A stretch of DNA of 64,000 bases from Acidobacteriota bacterium (GTDB lineage Bacteria; Acidobacteriota; Terriglobia; Terriglobales; SCQP01), in assembly GCA_027314025.1 (NCBI GenBank), contig DAHVCP010000008.1:40992-104991 (forward strand), given 5' to 3'. Of the stretch, positions 51,291 to 61,921 are shown piece after piece (positions within the stretch are counted from its first letter, which is position 1; the number at the start of each line of letters is the position of its first letter). Below the pieces are notes generated by a model. It had not been told where the DNA came from. It worked only from the letters and a program-made list of their open reading frames with translations, and did not search any database. Both the position numbers and the translations under genes were made by a program.

Positions 51291-52199
51291 ATGGCCCCAG
51301 CATCGTCGCAGCGTTCCATTCGCGTCGCCATTCAGGGCGAAAAGGGCTCATTCAGCGAGGCGGCGGCTCGCCGCCTGCTCGCCGCGGATGGCCTCGAACT
51401 GCTCTGTTGCTCCAGCTTCGCCGACGTATTTACCGCCCTACGCCGCGGTGCCGCCGAGACGGCGGTGATTCCCATCGAGAACACCCTGGCCGGTTCGGTC
51501 GCCGCCAACTACGATCTGTTACGCCGCGAGGCCGTGACCATCGTCGCCGAGACCAATCTGCGCATCCGCCACCAGCTGATCACGCCCCGCGGGGTCTCCC
51601 TGCGCGCCATTCGGCGCGTCCTTTCCCACCCCGTCGCCCTCGACCAGTGCCGCCGCTTTCTGCGCCGCCATCCCCGCTGGGAAGCCGTGCCGTTCTATGA
51701 CACCGCCGGCAGCGTCCAATACATCGTGGAACAGGGATTGCGCGATGCCGCCGCGATCGCGGGCGTACCCGCGGCCAAGGCCTACGGCGCTCGCGTCGTG
51801 GCGGCCAACATCGAGGACAACCCGCGCAACTTCACCCGCTTTCTCCGCCTCCTGCCGGCGGCCGCGGCGGCCGCGGCGGCCAACCCCTCCCAGAGCCGTC
51901 GTCAAACCCATAAGGTCTCCGTCGTCTTTGCCACGCGCAATCAGCCGGGCGCGCTCTGCCGCTGTCTTAACGTTTTCGCCCTGCGGGGCATTGACCTCAG
52001 CCGGATTGAATCCCGCCCGACCCCGGGCCGTCCTTGGGAGTACAGTTTCTACCTCGATTTCTTCGGCGCCTTGAGCCAGCCCACCGTGCGTCAAGCCTTG
52101 AGCGACCTGGGCGCCGTCAGCGATGAATTGAAGATTCTCGGTTCCTATCCCGCCGTGCGCAAGGAGCCGCCGCGCGGTCGCGCCCGGCTTGGACATTAG
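51291..52199 (+). CDS. pheA: Prephenate dehydratase (PDT + ACT domains)
   Basis: IRVAIQGEKGSFSE, IPIENTLAGSV, NFTRFLRL (TRF motif), IESRPTPGRPWEYSFYLDF (ESRP motif). ATG at 51291; the upstream part of the track ORF overlaps the TPR gene in another frame. Confidence 0.9.
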   Translation: MAPASSQRSIRVAIQGEKGSFSEAAARRLLAADGLELLCCSSFADVFTALRRGAAETAVIPIENTLAGSVAANYDLLRREAVTIVAETNLRIRHQLITPRGVSLRAIRRVLSHPVALDQCRRFLRRHPRWEAVPFYDTAGSVQYIVEQGLRDAAAIAGVPAAKAYGARVVAANIEDNPRNFTRFLRLLPAAAAAAAANPSQSRRQTHKVSVVFATRNQPGALCRCLNVFALRGIDLSRIESRPTPGRPWEYSFYLDFFGALSQPTVRQALSDLGAVSDELKILGSYPAVRKEPPRGRARLGH

Positions 52200-52251
52200 C
52201 ACGAACATGGCAGATTCGATGAGTGTGATATAGTCAATCTTGGCGGACATT

Positions 52252-54666
<2,415 letters not shown>

Positions 54667-54716
54667 GTTCCGCGGCCCATTACGGCCTATTAATTGTTTC
54701 TAATCGTGGGCGCAAG

Positions 54717-55760
54717 TTATTCATCAAGCGGCGGGCGCGCGACCGTTCCGGCCGCCCCGGCGGCGGTGAGGGCGGCGCCGCCGGCGGCCGCTTCCCGCAG
54801 ATAGCCCAGGGCGGCGTATTGGCCGGCATGGGCCCCGGAGGTGAGCGCGGCGGCGGCGGTCAGTTCGCCCACGTCCTTGCCGTCCGCCTGAATGCGCTCA
54901 CCCGCTTGTACTGCTCCGGCGAAGCGAAATCCGTGGAGTTGGCGGTGGACCTGGCCGCGGGCGCGAATACGCTCGACGATTTCCTGCCCAATGTAGCAGC
55001 CTTTGTTGTTCCCAATTGCCGCCAGGCTGCCGGTCTCCGGCGGTAGCACGGCGTCGCGGATCTCACGCCCGACGAGTGGTATGCCTTCCAGGAGCATCCG
55101 GCGGTCCCAGGCCGCGGCGCCGATCGGCGTCGCCTGGCGCGCCATGGTGTCATATAAGGGCACCACGGATTCTATGTTGCCATGTATCTCAACTGTTTCT
55201 ATTTGACCCAACTGCCAGCGCAACAGCCGCAGCGTATCCGTGCCGCCGGGGAAATGGGCGGCCCGCCATCCTCCCACCGCGGGGAGGTCGTCGCAGCCGG
55301 CAGCGCGGAGCGCCGCTTCCGCGCCCGGTCCGCAGACGGCAAGCGAAAGCGTGCCGGCCGATAGATCCTCGATCACCAGCCGGCTGCGGAACACGAAGCG
55401 GCGCAGAGTCTCCAGCAACAGCGTCCGCTGGTCTTCGCTGGCGAGCAATAGAAACTCATCCGCGCTCAGCGCCGCGGTGTCGAACGCGGCGAGGATGTGG
55501 CCCTTGGGGTTGAGCAAGAACGACGGCGCGGTCCGGCCGGGGGCGAGGTCACGTACGTTGGCGGTGATGATGCCGTTCAGCCACTTGCGTGCGTCCGGTC
55601 CCTGGACGCGCAAGGCGGCGCGAAAGCTCCAATCGCACAGGGCGGCGGACGGTAGCGGGGCCTCCGCGGCGGCGCCGGCAAATTGCGCCGCGATCCGCGT
55701 GCCCCGGTATTGGCAGGCGACGGCCTGCGGATGATGGTGCAGCCAAGGGCTGATTTCCAT
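54717..55760 (-). CDS. ygfZ: Folate-binding YgfZ / aminomethyltransferase (GcvT-like) family protein
   Basis: KGCYIGQEIVERI signature. ATG at 55760 is preceded by a GGAGG RBS; the upstream part of the track ORF looks non-coding. Confidence 0.8.
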   Translation of the reverse strand: MEISPWLHHHPQAVACQYRGTRIAAQFAGAAAEAPLPSAALCDWSFRAALRVQGPDARKWLNGIITANVRDLAPGRTAPSFLLNPKGHILAAFDTAALSADEFLLLASEDQRTLLLETLRRFVFRSRLVIEDLSAGTLSLAVCGPGAEAALRAAGCDDLPAVGGWRAAHFPGGTDTLRLLRWQLGQIETVEIHGNIESVVPLYDTMARQATPIGAAAWDRRMLLEGIPLVGREIRDAVLPPETGSLAAIGNNKGCYIGQEIVERIRARGQVHRQLHGFRFAGAVQAGERIQADGKDVGELTAAAALTSGAHAGQYAALGYLREAAAGGAALTAAGAAGTVARPPLDE

Positions 55761-56156
55761 ACCTCCAGGATATAAGGCGCGGCGCGCCTGGGGCGGGGTT
55801 CCCCGCCGCCGCGGCCGGACCACGGGCGGGGTAGCGGACCAGGATGGAAATGAATTCCTAAATTCGCGCGACGAATTCACAAGGCTTGCGCGACAACAGC
55901 GCCCGTTCAGGGAATGGGCAGTCCCGAGCGGCAAGTTCCCCAATCCTCGCATTTCGGCCAAATCCAAAGCCTGAGATGCTTCGATACAATGCCATTCGAT
56001 TCAAGAAATTCGCAGTGGACGTAGGCGGCGCGCGAAACCGGCGCCGCCCGCGCCGCGGCGGCTCTCCAGGGGACGGGGGGCGCTTCTGGCCAATGGCGTT
56101 TGAAGTGCAAGACCAACCGGCAAGAGCGAACTCCGGTCCAGCAGGGATCAAATTCT

Positions 56157-56657
56157 ATGGACAATGCGATGGCGATGAAGGCGAAGTTGATGGACGGTGG
56201 GCGCGGGCCAGCGGGGCGGATATCCGCGGATGCTTGCGCGCTTTTGTATCAGCAGCACGGTGCGCGGCTGTTCCGGCTGGCGTATTGGGTGCTGCTGGGC
56301 GACCGCCAGGCCGCGGCGACGTTGCTCCACGGGGCATTCGCGCGCTGCGTCTCCGCCGCTTCCGCCGAGGATTCGGCGGAGCGATTGGGCCACCAATGGG
56401 AGGGCCTCAGCGTGCGGGCATTACGCGAGGTGGCCCCGGCCGGCAAGGTGAATCACGATGCCGCGGCGGTGAACGTGGCCGCCCTGGAGCCGGAACCCAG
56501 GTTGGCGTTCTTGCTGCATGACGCATCCGGCTATTCCCTGGACCGTTGCGCCGAGTTGTTGCAGGTGCCGCCGGATGCCTGCCGCCGGCTGCTGTTCGCG
56601 GCGCGGTTGCAGCTGTGCCAAAGCGGCGGCTTATGGCGGGATGCGCCGGCCGCCTGA
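56157..56657 (+). CDS. ECF-type sigma-70 family protein (divergent; regions 2 and 4 only)
   Basis: LLYQQHGARLFRLAYWVLLGDRQAAATLLHGAF (region 2-like). RLAFLLHDASGYSLDRCAELLQVPPDACRRLLFAARLQL (region 4-like). Confidence 0.6.
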   Translation: MDNAMAMKAKLMDGGRGPAGRISADACALLYQQHGARLFRLAYWVLLGDRQAAATLLHGAFARCVSAASAEDSAERLGHQWEGLSVRALREVAPAGKVNHDAAAVNVAALEPEPRLAFLLHDASGYSLDRCAELLQVPPDACRRLLFAARLQLCQSGGLWRDAPAA

Positions 56658-56804
56658 GCGCCACCGGGGGAGCGACGGCGGGCGGCGAGACGGGAAGATG
56701 CGGCGTTGCGGGGCGGCAACGGCGGTTTCCGGGCCCAGCGCGATAATAACCGGGCGGATTCTCCCTGGTTGGGCGTGGAGTCGCGGCCGAAATTGCCGAT
56801 TAGG

Positions 56805-58808
56805 ATGGCCATGGGGGCGTCTTGGCCTGAGTTCGGGCCGCCTCGCGCCGGGGCGATGGCCAATTCCAATTCATTTCGTCCGGTTCGCCGCGCGCCGGAG
56901 CGCAGCGGCGCACGCGACTACCGGATTCTCTTTGAAAAGAATCTAGCGGGCGTGTATCGCACCAGCCTGGAGGGCCGCATTCTCGACTGTAATGACGCCT
57001 TCGCGCGCATCTTCGGGTGCAACACGCGCAGCGAAGCTTTAGCCATGACGGCGCAGGATCTGTATCCCAGCGCCGCGGAGCGGGAAGCTTCGGTGCGGCG
57101 ATTGCGGGCGCAGGGATGGCTGGCCAACGCGGAAGAATGTCTGCGCCGGCGCGACGGTCAGCCGGTTTGGATCTTGGTGAATGAAACCCTCGTTCCGACG
57201 GCGGCCGGGAAGGCGCCGGTGATCCTCGGCACGCTCATTGACATTACCGAACGCAAGCGCGCCGAGGAGCGGCTGCGCCGCGAGCGCGACTTCAGCACCG
57301 CCGTGGTGGACACTGCCGGGTTGCTGGTGATCGTCTGCGACAAGGATGGGCGCTTGCTGCGGATGAGCCGCGGGGCCGTCGCCGCCACCGGGTTCAGGGA
57401 GGAGGAGGTGCGCGGCCAGTTCTGCTGGGAGGTGCTTTTACCCGAGGAGGACCGGGAACGGACGCAACAATGGTTCGCCGCGTTCGGCACGCTCACGGCG
57501 CCGGCCACTCCGCTGCGGGCCGAAGGGCGCTGCCGCACGCGCGATCACGGCGAACGGTGGATCGCCTGGAACATCTCCTGCCTGCGCGATGCGGCGGGCG
57601 GCGTGGAGTTCGTGATCGCCACCGGAATTGACGTGACCGAGCAGCGGTTGCTGGAGAATCAGCTGCGGCAAGCGCAGAAGATGGACGCCATCGGCCAACT
57701 CGCCGGGGGCATCGCTCACGATTTCAACAACCTGCTGACGGTCATCACCGGTCATTGCGAAATTCTGCTGGAACCGGGCGCCGCCGCGAGCCAGCCGCCG
57801 GAGGCGCGGGTGGCCAAGATTAAGTCCGCCGCGGACCGGGCGGTGATGCTGACGCGCCAACTGCTGGCCTTCAGCCGGTCCCAGGTATTGACCCCGAGGG
57901 AAATGGAGTTGAACGCGGCGGTGCATTCGGTCTGCGACCTCTTGCGTCCCTTGCTGGGCGAGCAGGTCCAGTTGCGCACGCTGTTGCACCCCGCCGCCGG
58001 CCGGGTGAACGCCGACCCGGTGCAGGTCGAGCAGGTGATCATGAACTTGGCGATCAACGCCCGGGACGCCATGCCCGAGGGCGGGACGATCACGTTGGAA
58101 ACCGCCAACACCGAGGTGGATGAGGCGTACCGCCGCGCCCGGCCCATGGTGGCCGCCGGCGGCTACGTCGTTTTGGCGGTCAGCGACACCGGCCAGGGCA
58201 TGGACGCGGCGACGCGCGGCCGCATCTTCGAGCCCTTCTTCACTACCAAGGCGCGCGGCCGCGGAACCGGGCTGGGCCTAGCCACCGTCTACGGCATCGT
58301 CAAGCAGAGCAACGGCTTTATCTGGGTGTATAGCGAGCCTGGCCGCGGAACAACGTTCCAGATCTATTTGCCGCGCGTGGCGGAGCCGGCGCAGGAAGCA
58401 GCGCCCGCGGCGGAGGACGCCGGAATAGGATCCGGGGAGACCATCTTGGTGGTTGACGATGACCGCGATCTGCGGGGGCTGGTGCGGGACCTGTTGGTCC
58501 AGCAAGGCTATCGCGTCGTGGAGGCGGAAAGCAGCCGGGCAGCGGCGGTGGCGCGGCGGCAGCGATTCGACCTTTTGCTGACCGATCTGCTCCTGTCCGA
58601 GACCACGGGAACGGAACTCGCGGAGCGCTTGCGCCGCATCCAGCCTGGCTTGCGCGTGGTTTATGCCAGCGGCTATACACGCGCGGCCGCCGAGGCCGGC
58701 GGCTTGCTCCCGCCGGGCGAGGCATTTCTCGGCAAGCCCTTCACCGTCCGCGCCCTGGCGGCAAGCCTGGGCGAAGTGGTCCGTGCCCCCGCGCCCATGG
58801 CTACCTAG
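56805..58808 (+). CDS. PAS-domain hybrid sensor histidine kinase with C-terminal receiver domain
   Basis: Two PAS-like regions; H-box GGIAHDFNNLLTVI; N-box MNLAINARDAM; G-boxes DTGQGMD and GRGTGLGLATVYGIV; receiver ILVVDDDRDL...LLLTDLLL. Start ambiguous (56706, 56805 or 56856). Confidence 0.9.
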   Translation: MAMGASWPEFGPPRAGAMANSNSFRPVRRAPERSGARDYRILFEKNLAGVYRTSLEGRILDCNDAFARIFGCNTRSEALAMTAQDLYPSAAEREASVRRLRAQGWLANAEECLRRRDGQPVWILVNETLVPTAAGKAPVILGTLIDITERKRAEERLRRERDFSTAVVDTAGLLVIVCDKDGRLLRMSRGAVAATGFREEEVRGQFCWEVLLPEEDRERTQQWFAAFGTLTAPATPLRAEGRCRTRDHGERWIAWNISCLRDAAGGVEFVIATGIDVTEQRLLENQLRQAQKMDAIGQLAGGIAHDFNNLLTVITGHCEILLEPGAAASQPPEARVAKIKSAADRAVMLTRQLLAFSRSQVLTPREMELNAAVHSVCDLLRPLLGEQVQLRTLLHPAAGRVNADPVQVEQVIMNLAINARDAMPEGGTITLETANTEVDEAYRRARPMVAAGGYVVLAVSDTGQGMDAATRGRIFEPFFTTKARGRGTGLGLATVYGIVKQSNGFIWVYSEPGRGTTFQIYLPRVAEPAQEAAPAAEDAGIGSGETILVVDDDRDLRGLVRDLLVQQGYRVVEAESSRAAAVARRQRFDLLLTDLLLSETTGTELAERLRRIQPGLRVVYASGYTRAAAEAGGLLPPGEAFLGKPFTVRALAASLGEVVRAPAPMAT

Positions 58809-58821
58809 CGCGCGGCTACCC

Positions 58822-58860
58822 GGCGGGGCGAGCGGGGCGGCCGTCCCGCGCTCGCCCGCC
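58822..58860. terminator. Long GC hairpin between the convergent histidine kinase and Cys-rich peptide genes
   Basis: GGCGGGGCGAGCGGGG / CCCGCGCTCGCCCGCC arms (15 bp with two 1-nt bulges) and a 7-nt loop. No U-tract. Confidence 0.4.
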
Positions 58861-58867
58861 AGCGCAG

Positions 58868-59017
58868 CTAACGGCTGTGCGGACAGCACTGCGTCGAGCA
58901 TGCGCCGCCCGCGCATTGGCGGTGGGCGCAACTGGCGCTTTGTGGCGTCAGTGCCAGGCCGGCCACGGCCATCGCCGCGACGCTGAGCCCGACGAGCAAT
59001 AAGTTTTTGATCTTCAT
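58868..59017 (-). CDS. Small exported Cys-rich peptide (49 aa), last gene of the ECF sigma / anti-sigma operon
   Basis: AGGAGG RBS 6-7 nt upstream of the ATG at 59017. Sec-type signal MKIKNLLLVGLSVAAMAVAGLALTPQSA, then SCAHRQCAGGACSTQCCPHSR (5 Cys, 2 His). Confidence 0.65.
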   Translation of the reverse strand: MKIKNLLLVGLSVAAMAVAGLALTPQSASCAHRQCAGGACSTQCCPHSR

Positions 59018-59089
59018 CGTCTTTCCTCCTTTCTCCCCGCGCCGGCGCCGGCGCGAAGCGACTGTGGCCTCAACAGGCGGGGCCAATCC

Positions 59090-59833
59090 CTAGTGGCGCG
59101 CACAGCCGAGGCGGCGCAGGTAGCGCGCGATCGGCGCCAGCGCCGCGGGAGTGGGCGCGCAGATCTCAAATCGCCGGCGGCAGGCCGTCCATTGGACGAC
59201 GGCGTAATTCGCGCACGCGGTACCGGTGCAGCCGCCGGCTTGAATGGGTACGCCATCGCCGGTGCGGACAGGCACGGCTGGGGCATGCTCGAACACTGCA
59301 ATTTGCCCGACCGCGCCGCGATAGAGGAGCTCTAGCGCAGATCCCCCGCGGCAACGTAGCCGATAGGCGCGGCGCAGTTGGAACCCGCCTGGCAACTGCT
59401 GGGGAATGGGAGCGCCACCCTGACGGCGCGCGTCGGCCCAGGCAATGGGCCGCAGGGAGTAACGGGCCGCGAAGCGGATCGCGGCGGCGCGGTCATGTAG
59501 GCCGCGGGCATACAGCGCCAGATCGAGCGCCTCCGCCGGCCGCGGTGGCAGCAGGATCAGGGCCGCCGCCAGCGCGGCTGCCAGCGCCCACCAGCGTGGC
59601 CGCCGGATTTGCGTGCCGAGGCGACGGGCTCGATGGCGGCGCAGCGCGCGGCGCCAGACGGAGGGTATGGGGTCGCGCTGGGTCAGGGCGGCGAACAGCG
59701 CGCGTCGCTCCTCGGCGGCGCGGATCTCGGCCCTGCACTCGGCGCAGCGGGCCGCGTGCGCCACGACGCGGGCGGTTTCCGCGGGCGCCGATTCCCGATC
59801 GGTGTACCGTTGTAGAACTAGTGGGTCGAGCAC
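59090..59833 (-). CDS. Zinc-binding (ZAS, zf-HC2) anti-sigma factor with one TM and a Cys-rich extracytoplasmic domain
   Basis: H-x3-C-x2-C motif HAARCAEC; TM WWALAAALAAALILL; 16-nt overlap with the sigma gene; 6 Cys in the C-terminal domain. Confidence 0.8.
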   Translation of the reverse strand: MLDPLVLQRYTDRESAPAETARVVAHAARCAECRAEIRAAEERRALFAALTQRDPIPSVWRRALRRHRARRLGTQIRRPRWWALAAALAAALILLPPRPAEALDLALYARGLHDRAAAIRFAARYSLRPIAWADARRQGGAPIPQQLPGGFQLRRAYRLRCRGGSALELLYRGAVGQIAVFEHAPAVPVRTGDGVPIQAGGCTGTACANYAVVQWTACRRRFEICAPTPAALAPIARYLRRLGCARH

Positions 59834-60303
59834 GTGATTCCCTCCAATTTGGCGCGCAACAGAGCGCGCGCTCGGCTCAGGCGGGAGGCGATGGTTCCGG
59901 ACGGCACCTCCAGCGCGATGGCGATCTCCTCGTAGCTCAGCTCCTGCATCTCCCGCAATACCAGCACGGCGCGGAGGTCCGGCGGCAGGCTGGCCAGCGC
60001 CACGGCCAATTGGCGCAGGCGCTCCTCTTGCAGCAGCGCCGTTTCCGGGCCCGGTTCCGGGGTGGGAGGCTCGGGAGGCGCCGCCATCGGCGCCCGCGGC
60101 AGGCGGAGCGCTACGCGATACCCGATGCGGTACAGCCAGGCGCGGCGGGCGCCCGCTTGGCGGACCGCGTCCCAGTTCTCCAACGCGAGCCGGAAGGTCT
60201 CCTGCATCGCGTCACGAGCGTCCTCGGCATTGGCCGCGAACCGCCGGAGAAACCGATACAGAGGCCCTTCCTGTGCCGCGAGAAATTCCGCCGGTCCGAC
60301 CAC
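59818..60303 (-). CDS. ECF (extracytoplasmic function) RNA polymerase sigma factor
   Basis: Region 2 (LYRFLRRFAANAEDARDAMQETFRLA, AWLYRIGYRVAL) and region 4 (LREMQELSYEEIAIALEVPSGTIASRLSRARALL). GTG start preceded by GGGGAGG. Confidence 0.9.
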   Translation of the reverse strand: MVGPAEFLAAQEGPLYRFLRRFAANAEDARDAMQETFRLALENWDAVRQAGARRAWLYRIGYRVALRLPRAPMAAPPEPPTPEPGPETALLQEERLRQLAVALASLPPDLRAVLVLREMQELSYEEIAIALEVPSGTIASRLSRARALLRAKLEGITCSTH

Positions 60304-60395
60304 GCCTCCCCTTGTACCTAGATAAAGAGGCGCTCACGCGGGAAATTCTTCGCAAAAGTGCAGCGTGAGGAAAAATACGCGGCGGTGGTGGGGTT

Positions 60396-60472
60396 TGGTA
60401 GCGCCAGCGGGATTCGAACCCGCGGTCTTCGCCTTGAGAGGGCGACGTCCTAGGCCGCTAGACGATGGCGCC
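60396..60472 (-). tRNA. tRNA-Glu (anticodon CUC), CCA encoded
   Basis: The reverse complement GGCGCCATCGTCTAGCGGCCTAGGACGTCGCCCTCTCAAGGCGAAGACCGCGGGTTCGAATCCCGCTGGCGCTACCA folds as a cloverleaf. Anticodon loop CT-CTC-AA; T-loop GGTTCGAATCC. Confidence 0.92.
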
Positions 60473-60662
60473 GGATGGAAAGGCGGCGGCAAAGCTGCGC
60501 ACCCGGGGGAGCGCGGAGCCGCCTGATTCAGACTAGCATGAGGCTGGTCGCGCTCCGCCCGGCACGCGCGCCGATCCGGCCGCCGGCGCCGCGGTGGGAT
60601 GGGCGGCGGCGGCCGCGGGGGGTGGCGGCGTGGGGCGCCGGCGGCGAGGCGGCCCCGCCGCG

Positions 60663-60692
60663 TTGACAGTTTTAGCGCGGCCTTGTTAGCAT
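60663..60692 (+). promoter_or_regulatory. Candidate sigma70 promoter about 340 nt upstream of rpsL
   Basis: Perfect -35 TTGACA (60663-60668), 18-nt spacer, -10 TAGCAT (60687-60692). Confidence 0.4.
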
Positions 60693-61029
60693 GGGAGAGT
60701 TTCACGCGCAAGGAAGGCGGGAGTGGCGTGTCTGCTCCGGCCCGACTTGACCAGCCAGCCAGCGCACCCAGCTTGGGAGCGTTGGGAGCGTGGAGCGCCT
60801 GTTGATCCCGCGCGGTGCCATGGCGGGGCCGTTGTTTGCAACGGAACAGGCGGCGCCCTCCGAAACGGAGCCGGTCCGGATTTGCATTCGGCCCCGGCGC
60901 AACGTCGGAAGGCGATCCTTCGGGATTTGGAAATGGAATGGATTGCAGGCGCGAACGCGCCGCCGCCGGCTTTGTGTCCGGCGGCAGGAGCGTTGGCGGC
61001 CGCGGCCGTGGCCGCGGCGGAGGGACGGT

Positions 61030-61404
61030 TTGCCGACTTTTAACCAATTAGTCCGCAAGGGGCGGGTCAAGGCGCGGTACAAGACGGCCTCGCCGGCTCT
61101 GCAGCAGTCGCCGCAGAAGCGCGGCGTCTGCACCCGCGTCTATACGCAAACGCCGAAGAAGCCCAACTCCGCGCTGCGCAAGGTGGCCCGCGTGCGCCTG
61201 ACCAACGGCATCGAGGTCACCACCTATATCCCCGGCATTGGACACAACCTGCAAGAGCACTCGATCGTGCTGATCCGCGGCGGCCGCGTCAAGGACCTGC
61301 CCGGCGTCCGGTACCACGTGGTGCGCGGGGCGATGGATGCCGTGGGCGTGGCCAACCGCAAGCAGTCGCGCTCGAAATACGGCGCCAAGCGGCCCAAGGC
61401 CTAG
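61030..61404 (+). CDS. rpsL: 30S ribosomal protein S12
   Basis: (M)[11 protein letters not shown]...[31 protein letters not shown]...[16 protein letters not shown] start at 61030 preceded by GGAGGGA; the track ORF extends spuriously to 60790. Confidence 0.95.
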   Translation: MPTFNQLVRKGRVKARYKTASPALQQSPQKRGVCTRVYTQTPKKPNSALRKVARVRLTNGIEVTTYIPGIGHNLQEHSIVLIRGGRVKDLPGVRYHVVRGAMDAVGVANRKQSRSKYGAKRPKA

Positions 61405-61430
61405 CGGAAAAGGGAAGGAGCGAACTCACG

Positions 61431-61901
61431 ATGCCACGCAAAGGCCACATCGCCAAACGGGAGCCGCTGCCGGATCCGATTCACGGCTCCACGCTGGTCA
61501 ACAAGTTCATCAACGGGATGATGTGGGACGGCAAAAAGAGCCGCGCCCAGCAGATTTTTTATTCCGCCCTGGCCCAGGTGGGCGAAAAGGGCGGCGATGA
61601 CGCGCTGAAGATCTTCAAAAAGGCCGTGGAGAACGTCAAGCCCGCGGTCGAGGTCAAGAGCCGCCGGGTGGGCGGCGCCAACTATCAGGTGCCGGTCGAG
61701 GTCAACAATGTGCGCCGCAACAGCCTGGCGGTGCGCTGGCTGATCACCTTTGCCCGGCAGCGGGGCGAGAAGGGCATGACCGACCGCCTCGCCAACGAAA
61801 TCTTGGATGCCGCCAACAACCGCGGCGGCGCGGTCAAGAAGAAAGAGGACGTGCACCGCATGGCGGAGGCGAATCGCGCCTTCGCGCATTACCGCTGGTA
61901 G
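61431..61901 (+). CDS. rpsG: 30S ribosomal protein S7
   Basis: MPRKG...[23 protein letters not shown]...[19 protein letters not shown]...AFAHYRW. Confidence 0.97.
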   Translation: MPRKGHIAKREPLPDPIHGSTLVNKFINGMMWDGKKSRAQQIFYSALAQVGEKGGDDALKIFKKAVENVKPAVEVKSRRVGGANYQVPVEVNNVRRNSLAVRWLITFARQRGEKGMTDRLANEILDAANNRGGAVKKKEDVHRMAEANRAFAHYRW

Positions 61902-61921
61902 CCGTCCCGCAGAGTTTTCCC

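Noticed and set aside
55861-55877. Inverted repeat AATTCG-N5-CGAATT upstream of ygfZ
   Set aside because: It is a short 6-bp-arm palindrome containing EcoRI-like half sites, with no second copy or clear promoter context. It is too weak to call as an operator.
60334-61047. 237-aa minus-strand ORF
   Set aside because: It runs through the tRNA-Glu gene and the rpsL leader. The product is Pro/Arg/Ala-rich with no motifs.
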